From: Candidatus Nanosynbacter lyticus
GTDB taxonomy: Bacteria; Patescibacteriota; Saccharimonadia; Saccharimonadales; Saccharimonadaceae
DNA length: 32,000 nucleotides
Assembly: GCF_000803625.1 (NCBI RefSeq)
Contig: NZ_CP007496.1
Coordinates: 60,001 to 92,000 of the forward strand
Direction of reading: 5' to 3'
Both the position numbers and the translations under genes were made by a program. Below are positions 1 to 7,772 of this stretch, piece after piece (positions within the stretch are counted from its first letter, which is position 1; the number at the start of each line of letters is the position of its first letter). The notes below the pieces were generated by a model. It saw nothing but the letters and a program-made list of their open reading frames with translations. It searched no databases and was not told the DNA's origin.

Positions 1-30
1 TAATTACAAAAAACAAACATAGGAAAAGTC

Positions 31-1728
31 ATGTCAAACGGATCAGCAAAACAAAAAGTAGTCCAGAGCATCAAGGATGTAACTAATATTTTGGTGACGG
101 TCAGCTCCAGTCCGTCAGTCGATGAATTATCGGCAGCATTAGGATTGACGATTTTCCTTAACAAACTTGGCAAACACGCTACAGCGGTGTTTAGTGGTGA
201 TATTCCGCCAGCTATTACTTTTCTTAATCCTGATAAAACGTTTGAGCAGACAACAGATTCTTTACGTGATTTTATTATTGCCTTAGATAAGGAAAAGGCT
301 GACCATTTGCGCTATAAACTTGTTGATGATGCGGTGAAGATCTTTATTACGCCATACCGAACGACGATTTCTGACAAAGATTTAGAATTCTCACAGGGTG
401 ATTATAATGTTGAGTTAGTTTTGGCGTTGAATGTTGAGAATAGTGAAAGTATTGATACAGCGTTAACGGCACACGGTAAGATTTTGCATGATGCTACGGT
501 TATCTCGATAACAGCGGGCGACGTAAAGAGCGGCTTGGGGTCGATTGATTGGCATGAGGGTAGTACTAGTGGCGTAAGTGAGATGATTGTTGAACTGATT
601 AATGACTTGAAGACGCCGAAGGTAACTTTGGATGAACAGATGGCAACCGCACTGTTGACGGGAATTGTGGCCGTTACTGAGCGCTTTAGTAATGACAATA
701 CTTCATCAAAGGTTATGACTACTGCAGCAGAACTGATGGCAGCAGGGGCAAATCAGCAATTAGTAATATCAAAGATTGCCGAGAGCGAGACAGAAGATAA
801 GCCTAAGGAAATTGAACAAGTTAAAAAAGAAGTTCCAGCCAAAGACAAAGATGATTCATCCGAAGATAAGGCAGATGAAGTAGAGGAAGCCGAAGAATCA
901 GAGCAGGCAGACGGAACGTTGTCAATTAGCCACGAAAAGAAGGGTGACGTTGATGAAGTAGCTGAGCAGACGGTAAAAGAAAAGCAGGAAGAGTCTGCTA
1001 GGGTTGCTGAAGAGAAATTAGCCAACATTAAGCCGATTAAGGAAGAAGTTCGAGTAGAGGAAGAGGAGCCTAGCGAAAAAATAGTCGCCAAAGAGCTTTC
1101 CTTTGAGGAAACGCCATTGATGGGTGGCACGCTAAATGCGACTACTACGCAGGCTGCCGAGGATAAGATAAGGGCGCTAGCTAGTGACCAGAATAAGACC
1201 ATCTTAACTCATAGTAAGTATGTGGGTGATAGCACACCATCATTTGGCGACACGCCGTTGAATGCGGCTATGGGGGCTTCTGACGAACCGCCAAAAATTG
1301 ACCCATTTGCTACAACTAACGCTGAACAAAGATTGTCGACAATACCTGTTGCTCCTCAATCTGATGAGTCAATTATTGCGGCAATTACCAATGATACAAA
1401 CCAACTAAGCGCGCCGGTAGCCGTAGAGCCAAATCAAGTTAGTGTCTCTCCTGAGCCTGTTCTAGCTGCTCCGTTACAACCTGAGAATACGGCTAACGAG
1501 ATTTCTTTACCGATGCCACCAGCAATTCCAGATTTTAGTGCACTGCCACCAATGCCACCAGCGCCAACCGGTGTTGATACCGCTGGATTACCGCAACTTT
1601 CGCCACTAGGCGTAGCGCCTGAACCGGTAGCTGCTGAAGTAGCTCCAGCACCGGCGCTGCCGACTCAGCCAATTCAAAATACCGGGGAATTTAATCCAGG
1701 TCAATTCCAGATTCCAGGGCAAAAATAG
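31..1728 (+). CDS. DHH/NrnA-like (RecJ-superfamily) protein, apparently catalytically degenerate, with long acidic and Pro/Ala-rich C-terminal tail
   Basis: 565-aa ORF from ATG. N-terminal ~235 aa follow the NrnA fold pattern and the gene is directly upstream of truB, the canonical nrnA position. The C-terminal ~330 aa are low complexity (E/K-rich, then P/A-rich). Confidence 0.7.
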   Translation: MSNGSAKQKVVQSIKDVTNILVTVSSSPSVDELSAALGLTIFLNKLGKHATAVFSGDIPPAITFLNPDKTFEQTTDSLRDFIIALDKEKADHLRYKLVDDAVKIFITPYRTTISDKDLEFSQGDYNVELVLALNVENSESIDTALTAHGKILHDATVISITAGDVKSGLGSIDWHEGSTSGVSEMIVELINDLKTPKVTLDEQMATALLTGIVAVTERFSNDNTSSKVMTTAAELMAAGANQQLVISKIAESETEDKPKEIEQVKKEVPAKDKDDSSEDKADEVEEAEESEQADGTLSISHEKKGDVDEVAEQTVKEKQEESARVAEEKLANIKPIKEEVRVEEEEPSEKIVAKELSFEETPLMGGTLNATTTQAAEDKIRALASDQNKTILTHSKYVGDSTPSFGDTPLNAAMGASDEPPKIDPFATTNAEQRLSTIPVAPQSDESIIAAITNDTNQLSAPVAVEPNQVSVSPEPVLAAPLQPENTANEISLPMPPAIPDFSALPPMPPAPTGVDTAGLPQLSPLGVAPEPVAAEVAPAPALPTQPIQNTGEFNPGQFQIPGQK

Positions 1729-2388
1729 TTGATGGATGAAGTCATTCTTATAGATAAGCCACAAGGTTTGACTAGCTTTGGGGTGGTGGCGCGCTTGCGA
1801 CGAGTTTTATCTAATCAAGCGGGTAAGAAAGTGAAAGTTGGCCACACGGGTACGCTTGATCCGTTTGCGACAGGATTAATGATTATTGTGACAGGAAAGA
1901 AATGTCGGGAAGCCGAGACGTTTACTAAGCTAGATAAATGGTATGAGGCGGAGATTGTCTTAGGAGAGAAAAGCTCGACGGGTGATCCTGAGGGCGAAAT
2001 TGCCGAAGTGTCTGACTATAAGCCGAGTGTAGAGGAGATTCAGCAGGTAATCGGTCAGTTTGTGGGGAAAATTGAACAGACCCCGCCTATTTTTAGCGCA
2101 ATAAAAATTAACGGTCAGCGAGCTTATAAATTGGCGCGCGAAGGGAAGCAGGTGGAGATCCCAAAGCGTACAGTGGAGATTTATTCACTAGAATTGTTGT
2201 CCTATGAATATCCTAAGTTAAGAATCAAAACTCATGTTTCCAGCGGAACTTATATCCGAACATTAGCGGTGGATATTGGTGATAGATTAAATACGGGTGC
2301 GTATTGTGAGAATTTGCGCCGCACACAAATAGCCGATTATTCTATTAAGGAAGCGAAGACCTTGGCGGATTTTGGAATTACTAGCTAA
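1729..2388 (+). CDS. truB: tRNA pseudouridine(55) synthase TruB (start TTG 1729 or ATG 1732)
   Basis: DKPQGLTSFGVV and GHTGTLDPFATGLM motifs; catalytic Asp in the GTLDP context. Confidence 0.95.
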   Translation: MMDEVILIDKPQGLTSFGVVARLRRVLSNQAGKKVKVGHTGTLDPFATGLMIIVTGKKCREAETFTKLDKWYEAEIVLGEKSSTGDPEGEIAEVSDYKPSVEEIQQVIGQFVGKIEQTPPIFSAIKINGQRAYKLAREGKQVEIPKRTVEIYSLELLSYEYPKLRIKTHVSSGTYIRTLAVDIGDRLNTGAYCENLRRTQIADYSIKEAKTLADFGITS

Positions 2389-2417
2389 TTGCAAAAAGCT
2401 GAGTAACTTGGTATAAT
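2389..2417 (+). promoter_or_regulatory. rpsO promoter: TTGCAA (2389-2394), 17 nt, TATAAT (2412-2417)
   Basis: Read directly. Spacing is 17 nt, with TG one base before the -10. Confidence 0.75.
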
Positions 2418-2426
2418 TACAAAGCT

Positions 2427-2693
2427 ATGATTAGCAAAGATAATAAAGCAAAAGCAATTGCTTTGACTCAGGTCAATAAAAACGACGTCGGTAGCCCACA
2501 GGCTCAAGTGTCGGTTTTAACGGCTCGTATCAAAGAGGTCACGGAGCATCTGAAGGCGAATAAACACGACTTTATGGCGCGCCGCGGCTTGATCCAAATG
2601 GTTGGTAAGCGCAAACGCTTGCTGAAATATTTGGAGCGAACTGATTTTGAGAGCTACAAAGCAGTTGTTGCCAAGTTAGGTTTGCGTAAATAA
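2427..2693 (+). CDS. rpsO: 30S ribosomal protein S15
   Basis: 88 aa with typical S15 sequence (VGSPQAQVSVLTARI...HLKANKHDFMARRGL...KRKRLLKYL). Confidence 0.98.
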   Translation: MISKDNKAKAIALTQVNKNDVGSPQAQVSVLTARIKEVTEHLKANKHDFMARRGLIQMVGKRKRLLKYLERTDFESYKAVVAKLGLRK

Positions 2694-2715
2694 TTTTACG
2701 TTAGGAAAACTGCTT

Positions 2716-2744
2716 AAATCCCCTTCGGAGAGAAGGGGATTTTT
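2716..2744 (+). terminator. Rho-independent terminator after rpsO, possibly shared with the convergent sortase gene
   Basis: Perfect 11-bp stem AAATCCCCTTC/GAAGGGGATTT, loop GGAGA, then a T tract. Confidence 0.88.
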
Positions 2745-2754
2745 GTTATTGCAA

Positions 2755-3354
2755 TTATTTTTTCAACTTGGCAATAAGTACGTCGCGTCCGTCGTTGGCA
2801 CCGCCTAAAGTACAGGAATAAAGCGTCAATTGCGGTTGATCGGTGCGTTGTTCGATTTCTATTGCCTCTGGTTTAACGCTACGTTTTTCGCTGATGACAT
2901 AAATGTAGCGCGCTCCATTATAATCGATAACCATCTCATCGCCAACCATCAGTTTATCAATATTGTAAAACGGTGATTTTCTAAGTGTTTGCCGAGGGGT
3001 CAAGCCCATAATGAAACGGTGTGCGGATAAAACAAAATTACCGCCATCCTTCGGGTTACCATTCTCTGGTTTACGCCACCAAGCACCGTGTTCCATAGTT
3101 TCTGCACCGCCAGATGCGTACGGCAGATTTATATCAATTTTTGGGATATAAAGTCGATTTTCGGTGATTTTATCCTTAGTCTTACTTATAAGCTGTGAGG
3201 TGGAATTGTTCTTTGGGTTGATGGTTTGAGACATGATAAGTGGTGTACTAATAAGCACCAATAGATATATTCCACTAGCAATCATTATTACTGCGATTAT
3301 TGGCAGAATGTAATTTTTTCGTCGTTTGGTAGCCGATTCTAGATGAAGTGACAT
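2755..3354 (-). CDS. Sortase family transpeptidase, N-terminal membrane anchor
   Basis: 199 aa. TM segment followed by a sortase domain with catalytic His (VLSAHRF), Cys (LTLYSCTLGG) and Arg (GRDVLIAK). Confidence 0.88.
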   Translation of the reverse strand: MSLHLESATKRRKNYILPIIAVIMIASGIYLLVLISTPLIMSQTINPKNNSTSQLISKTKDKITENRLYIPKIDINLPYASGGAETMEHGAWWRKPENGNPKDGGNFVLSAHRFIMGLTPRQTLRKSPFYNIDKLMVGDEMVIDYNGARYIYVISEKRSVKPEAIEIEQRTDQPQLTLYSCTLGGANDGRDVLIAKLKK

Positions 3355-3360
3355 GGCTAA

Positions 3361-3366
3361 ATTATA
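3361..3366 (-). promoter_or_regulatory. Extended -10 (ATGCTATAAT) of sortase gene, 6 nt before ATG
   Basis: Minus strand reads TTATGC TATAAT TTAGCC ATG. Confidence 0.7.
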
Positions 3367-3432
3367 GCATAACTATATTAAGGAATTTGCCTGAGCATAA
3401 GAGCGGAGCTGGTGTTTAGGCCAGCGGTTTAG

Positions 3433-3438
3433 TATAAT
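3433..3438 (+). promoter_or_regulatory. Candidate -10 TATAAT upstream of pnp
   Basis: Perfect hexamer; no convincing -35 seen. Confidence 0.4.
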
Positions 3439-3541
3439 ATTAAGCAGCAATTTGTAATGCGGAAGTGATAGAGATGAGATTGCGCCATGAATCAGGCGGC
3501 ACAATTTTATCCCTGTTACTGCCGCGAGAAAGGAGCTCTTT

Positions 3542-5659
3542 ATGAGTATTATTAATCCAAGCGGCAAGGAGATTTTTAGCGTTACCACTGAGTTTTGTGG
3601 TCGGCCGCTGACACTAGAGGTAAACCGCGTTGGCTTTCGGACAACTGGTAGCGTGCTAGTGCGTTACGGCGATACCGTGGTTTTGGGTAGTGCGCAGGTG
3701 AGCAGTCGCCCAGTCCAGATGGACTATTTTCCATTATCGATTGATTATGAAGAAAAGTTTTATGCAGCGGGTAAAATTTCCGGTAGCCGATTTATTAAGC
3801 GTGAAGGTCGTCCAAGTGACGAGGCTGTGCTGATTGGTCGGTTGATTGATCGTCCAATTCGTCCGCTATTTCCGAAGGGCTACCGCCAAGAAGTGCAGGT
3901 TGTAGCAACAGTACTAAGCATGGATCCTGATTTCCGCCCAGATGTTATTGCGATGATTGCGGCGTCTAGTGCCTTAATGCTAACTGGCACGCCTTTTGAC
4001 GGTCCAGTGTCTGGTCTGCGTGTCGGCCGCGTCAATGGAGAATTTAAGGCATTCTTAACGCAGGAAGAGCGCGAAAAGTCGGATCTTGATTTGGTGGTGG
4101 CTGGTATTGAAAGTGGTATCACTATGGTTGAGGCTGGTGCTAAAGAAGTCTCAGAAGATGTTATTGTCGATGCTATGGCGTGGGCGCACCAGATGATGCA
4201 GCCAGCAATTACCCTGCAGCGGGAATTGGCGGAAAAAGTTGCGCCAGCTCCGCAGGAATATACCTTAATCTTGCCAGATGAATCAATTCAGCAGACAGTT
4301 GATGAGTGGGCTAAGGGTAAGTTTGGTGAAAAACTTCGTCGCCCATATCCAGAGCGTAATGAAATGATTAGTCAGATTCGTGCTGAATTCCATGAGGCGA
4401 TGGCGGAAAAACTTGGTATGGATGAGGAAGAATATAATGAGGTACGTGGTGATTATGATGAGGCGTTTACTTTGGCGCTTCATAAAGATGTACGTCAGGG
4501 AATTGTTGCAGAACAAGTCCGTCCTGATGGTCGACAATTAACAGAAATTCGTCCGCTTAGCTCGGAAGTTGGCTTCTTGCCGCGCGCTCACGGCTCCAGT
4601 CTGTTTACTCGCGGCGTGACGCAGGGTATGAACATTGTTACTTTGGCGCCGCTGAGCTATTCACAACTCGTTGACACAATGGAAGTTAATGATGGCGAAC
4701 GACGCTATATGCACCATTACAATGCGCCAGGCTATACAGTCGGTGAAGTTAAGCGAATGGGTAGCCCGGGTCGACGTGAAATTGGGCACGGTTATTTGGC
4801 GGAACGAGCGCTGTTGCCAGTATTGCCAGCAGAAGAAGACTTTCCTTATGCTATTCGTTCTGTGACAGAAATAATGAGCCAGAACGGCTCAACGTCGATG
4901 GCGGCAACTTGTTCAAGCTGTTTGGCGTTGATGGATGCGGGTGTGCCATTGTCGGCTCCAGTTAGTGGAATTGCTATGGGTCTGATGATGGACGGTGATA
5001 CTCCGTATGTACTGAGTGATATTGCTGACGCTGAAGACTTCGCTGGCGATATGGACTTTAAGGTTACAGGTACAGCAAAGGGAATCACTGCTCTCCAGAT
5101 GGATATGAAGGTGCATGGCCTACCAGTGGCGGTGCTGCGTCAAGCAATTGAGCAGAGTAAGGCCGGTCGCGCGCACATCTTGCAGCATATGCTGAGTGTG
5201 TTGGCTACTCCACGTGATCAGCTTAGTCCGTATGCGCCACGAATTGAGAAGATTAAGATTGATCCAGATAAGATTGGTGCGGTGATTGGTAAGGGTGGAG
5301 AGACCATCAATAAGATTACCTCAGAAACCGGTGCTGAAGTTGATATTAAGGAAGATGGTTTGATTACAATAGCTAGCCCTAATGGTGAATCAATTGAAAA
5401 GGCACTGAATTGGATTAAGAGCTTGGTCGAGGAGCCAGAAGTTGGCAAGGTTTATAAGGGTAAAGTCGTCAGTATTAAGGACTTTGGTGCTTTTGTAAAT
5501 ATTCTGCCGGGCGTTGATGGCATGGTGCACATTTCAAAGTTAGCCGAAGGTCGAGTCAATAAGGTCACTGATGTAGTTAAAGAGGGCCAGTCGGTTCGCG
5601 TAAAAATTACTGGAATTGATGAGCGCGGTAAAATCAATTTGACGATGATCGGTTTGTAA
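3542..5659 (+). CDS. pnp: Polyribonucleotide nucleotidyltransferase (PNPase)
   Basis: 705 aa with duplicated RNase PH domains, KH (GAVIGKGGETINKI) and S1 (GKVYKGKVVSIKDFGAFVNILPGVDGMVHIS) domains. SD AAAGGAG upstream. Confidence 0.98.
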   Translation: MSIINPSGKEIFSVTTEFCGRPLTLEVNRVGFRTTGSVLVRYGDTVVLGSAQVSSRPVQMDYFPLSIDYEEKFYAAGKISGSRFIKREGRPSDEAVLIGRLIDRPIRPLFPKGYRQEVQVVATVLSMDPDFRPDVIAMIAASSALMLTGTPFDGPVSGLRVGRVNGEFKAFLTQEEREKSDLDLVVAGIESGITMVEAGAKEVSEDVIVDAMAWAHQMMQPAITLQRELAEKVAPAPQEYTLILPDESIQQTVDEWAKGKFGEKLRRPYPERNEMISQIRAEFHEAMAEKLGMDEEEYNEVRGDYDEAFTLALHKDVRQGIVAEQVRPDGRQLTEIRPLSSEVGFLPRAHGSSLFTRGVTQGMNIVTLAPLSYSQLVDTMEVNDGERRYMHHYNAPGYTVGEVKRMGSPGRREIGHGYLAERALLPVLPAEEDFPYAIRSVTEIMSQNGSTSMAATCSSCLALMDAGVPLSAPVSGIAMGLMMDGDTPYVLSDIADAEDFAGDMDFKVTGTAKGITALQMDMKVHGLPVAVLRQAIEQSKAGRAHILQHMLSVLATPRDQLSPYAPRIEKIKIDPDKIGAVIGKGGETINKITSETGAEVDIKEDGLITIASPNGESIEKALNWIKSLVEEPEVGKVYKGKVVSIKDFGAFVNILPGVDGMVHISKLAEGRVNKVTDVVKEGQSVRVKITGIDERGKINLTMIGL

Positions 5660-5668
5660 ATATATAAT
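5639..5668 (+). promoter_or_regulatory. Promoter of paralog A: TTGACG (5639-5644), 18 nt, TATAAT (5663-5668), overlapping the pnp 3' end
   Basis: Read directly. Same layout as the promoter of paralog B. Confidence 0.75.
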
Positions 5669-5703
5669 AATGAAAAGCATAATTTCAGGAGATTAAATTT
5701 CTA

Positions 5704-6618
5704 ATGGATAATAGCAACAATAAGAAGCAACAACTGCAGCAAATACCACCTCAACCACAATTTCAACAAGCTCCGCCTCAACAGCCTCAATTCCAACAGG
5801 CTCCACAACAGCCGCAACAATTCCAACAAATGCCACCTCAACCCATGGCTGGCGCTCCATACCAAATGCCTCCGACGAAGAGTAAAGGTGTTTTGTGGGG
5901 AATTATTGGCGGAGTAATTGGGCTAATAATCATTATCGTTGGTATAGTCCTGGCTATTGTATTCTTGAGTGGTCCAAGTAAGGCAGATTATAAAGATGCG
6001 GTAAGCTTAGTATCGCAAATGAAGCTGCCTGAGTATAAGGATATATTTAAGGATGTGAAAAAAAGTGATGATTACGAAGAGGTCATAAATAAAGTTATAA
6101 ATTCAGCTGATGAAGCTCACGCTAAGTTTGCCTCTAATAAGGCCTTTAAGGACAAAGACGTTAAGGAGGCTTACGACAAGTATCTGAAGGTGTGGAATGA
6201 CGAGGCTAAACCTTACCTAAAATATGTCGGAATTTTTAACAAAGAAGGGGCTTACCGTAAATGTAAAGTCCCTAATCCAAATAAATATTTTGAGAAATCT
6301 AAGGATGAAATCGAACAAGATTTTGACTCTGTCATGAAAAGTTGTACAAACGCCCTGGACAACATGATAAAGTCTGATAATGATATTGCTAAGAAATATG
6401 GTGAAGACTTGAAAAAGCATTATGCGGAGATGAAGCAATATTACGTAGCAGCAACAGCCTATAGGCAGGACTACATAAGAACAAACGGCAAAACATCTTT
6501 GTCGTCACCTAAAGTTCCAACTACCCCAACTCCTAATTACAAAAAGGACATTGTCAAGATAGTGAAAGATAATTTTGATAATTTACAAAAAGTACTAGAA
6601 GATAAAGCTAATAAATAG
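5704..6618 (+). CDS. Membrane-anchored protein with cytosolic P/Q-rich repeat tail (paralog A)
   Basis: 304 aa. Q/P-rich N-terminus, one TM helix (GIIGGVIGLIIIIVGIVLAIVFL), charged helical extracytoplasmic domain. SD AGGAG upstream. Confidence 0.85.
   Translation: MDNSNNKKQQLQQIPPQPQFQQAPPQQPQFQQAPQQPQQFQQMPPQPMAGAPYQMPPTKSKGVLWGIIGGVIGLIIIIVGIVLAIVFLSGPSKADYKDAVSLVSQMKLPEYKDIFKDVKKSDDYEEVINKVINSADEAHAKFASNKAFKDKDVKEAYDKYLKVWNDEAKPYLKYVGIFNKEGAYRKCKVPNPNKYFEKSKDEIEQDFDSVMKSCTNALDNMIKSDNDIAKKYGEDLKKHYAEMKQYYVAATAYRQDYIRTNGKTSLSSPKVPTTPTPNYKKDIVKIVKDNFDNLQKVLEDKANK
5731..5850 (+). repeat. Four imperfect copies of a 30-bp in-frame repeat
   Basis: Encodes QLQQIPPQPQ / FQQAPPQQPQ / FQQAPQQPQQ / FQQMPPQPMA. 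Confidence 0.85.
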
Positions 6619-6633
6619 ATTTTATCTAAAAAC

Positions 6634-6667
6634 AAAAGTGCCCTGAGGAAATCAGAGTGCTTTTAGT
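6634..6667 (+). terminator. Terminator after paralog A
   Basis: AAAAGTGCCCTGA / TCAGAGTGCTTTT, loop GGAAA. One mismatch and two wobbles, followed by a short TA tract. Confidence 0.65.
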
Positions 6668-6676
6668 GGTCAATGT

Positions 6677-6706
6677 TTGACGACAACCAGCTAATAACTA
6701 TATAAT
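6677..6706 (+). promoter_or_regulatory. Promoter of paralog B: TTGACG (6677-6682), 18 nt, TATAAT (6701-6706)
   Basis: Read directly; followed by SD TAGGAGG. Confidence 0.8.
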
Positions 6707-6740
6707 AGTAGGTAATGTAAGTTTAGGAGGTAATAATTTT

Positions 6741-7577
6741 ATGAACAATAATCAGAATAACAATACACTACCGCCTCAACCCATGGCTGGCACTCCATAC
6801 CAAATGCCTCCGAAGAAGAATATGAGTAAAGGTGTTTTTTGGGGAATTATTGGCGGAGTTGTCGCTATCATTGCCATTGTTGGTATTGTCTTAGCTTTTG
6901 TATTCCTTGGCGGATCAGGTGATAAAAAAGGTGGAGCCCAAGTCAGTAAGGAAGACTATAAAGACTTTTACTCACAGATTAATAAATTAGACATCTCTAG
7001 GGATGTTGAAGGAAGTAAATATGCTTCATTGTCGTATAGGGGTATTGAGAGAACACTTGGAGAGATTGATGAAAAATATAAAGAACTGGGGTCGCATAAA
7101 GCCCTTGCGGACGAAGATTTAAAAGAAGCCTACGATGAGGCGCTAAAGGATTGGAATGATAGTATAAAGCCGGCTATATATGCTGCATATAAAGTCAGTA
7201 CAGACGAAGATGTCAGTTTTTGTGAACTTAATACCTACGCGTCATATATGAAGCCTGACAGAGAAGCTATTGATGCTGCTCTAGCTTCCCGTGAAGAGCG
7301 ATGCATGAAAGCTGTAGAGAGGTTTGAAAAGTCTGATGATAAAATTGTTTCTCAGTACGGTAAAGCTCTTCGTAAGTATTGGTCAGAAGATATAAAAACC
7401 TTTTTATTAGAGTCATATAAATACTATAGTGAACTTAAAAATAACCCCAACGCTAAATTAAGAAGACCTAAAGAGCCAAAAAACCCAGAAGTGCAAGGTG
7501 AAAAGTCTAGAAGTGATCACTTAGAAGACTATGCATATCTCAAGAAACTAGCTAAGAAAAAGTCTGACGAAAAGTAG
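6741..7577 (+). CDS. Membrane-anchored protein, tandem paralog B of 5704-6618
   Basis: 278 aa. Shares PPQPMAG-PYQMPP, KGVxWGIIGGV, a TM helix and C-x26-C with paralog A. Confidence 0.85.
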   Translation: MNNNQNNNTLPPQPMAGTPYQMPPKKNMSKGVFWGIIGGVVAIIAIVGIVLAFVFLGGSGDKKGGAQVSKEDYKDFYSQINKLDISRDVEGSKYASLSYRGIERTLGEIDEKYKELGSHKALADEDLKEAYDEALKDWNDSIKPAIYAAYKVSTDEDVSFCELNTYASYMKPDREAIDAALASREERCMKAVERFEKSDDKIVSQYGKALRKYWSEDIKTFLLESYKYYSELKNNPNAKLRRPKEPKNPEVQGEKSRSDHLEDYAYLKKLAKKKSDEK

Positions 7578-7592
7578 TCTGTATCTAAAAAT

Positions 7593-7625
7593 AAAATTAC
7601 CCTGATAAAATCAGGGTAATTTTTA
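7593..7625 (+). terminator. Terminator after paralog B
   Basis: Perfect 14-bp stem AAAATTACCCTGAT/ATCAGGGTAATTTT, loop AAA. Confidence 0.88.
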
Positions 7626-7651
7626 TTGTAGCTTGCTGTGCAGTGCTGTTT

Positions 7652-7680
7652 TTGACAAAATACAGCCAGTTTGTTATTAT
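7652..7680 (+). promoter_or_regulatory. RNase J gene promoter: TTGACA (7652-7657), 17 nt, TATTAT (7675-7680)
   Basis: Near-consensus elements about 90 nt upstream of the ATG. Confidence 0.7.
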
Positions 7681-7772
7681 AGGGAGTACTGATTAGAGGA
7701 ATTTATTGTTAGATTAACACCTCTATACTTGGGTTTTGAATTATATTGTAATAAAAAAAGGAGTATAACAAT

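Noticed and set aside
402-1202. Antisense ORFs (402-698, 753-1202) opposite the first CDS
   Set aside because: Low-complexity, Ser-rich translations mirroring the sense codon pattern. No SD or recognisable domain, so treated as shadow ORFs.
4671-5637. ORFs overlapping pnp (4671-4865, 4846-5088, 4913-5116, 5218-5448, 5452-5637)
   Set aside because: All lie inside a clearly conserved PNPase gene, in other frames or on the opposite strand.
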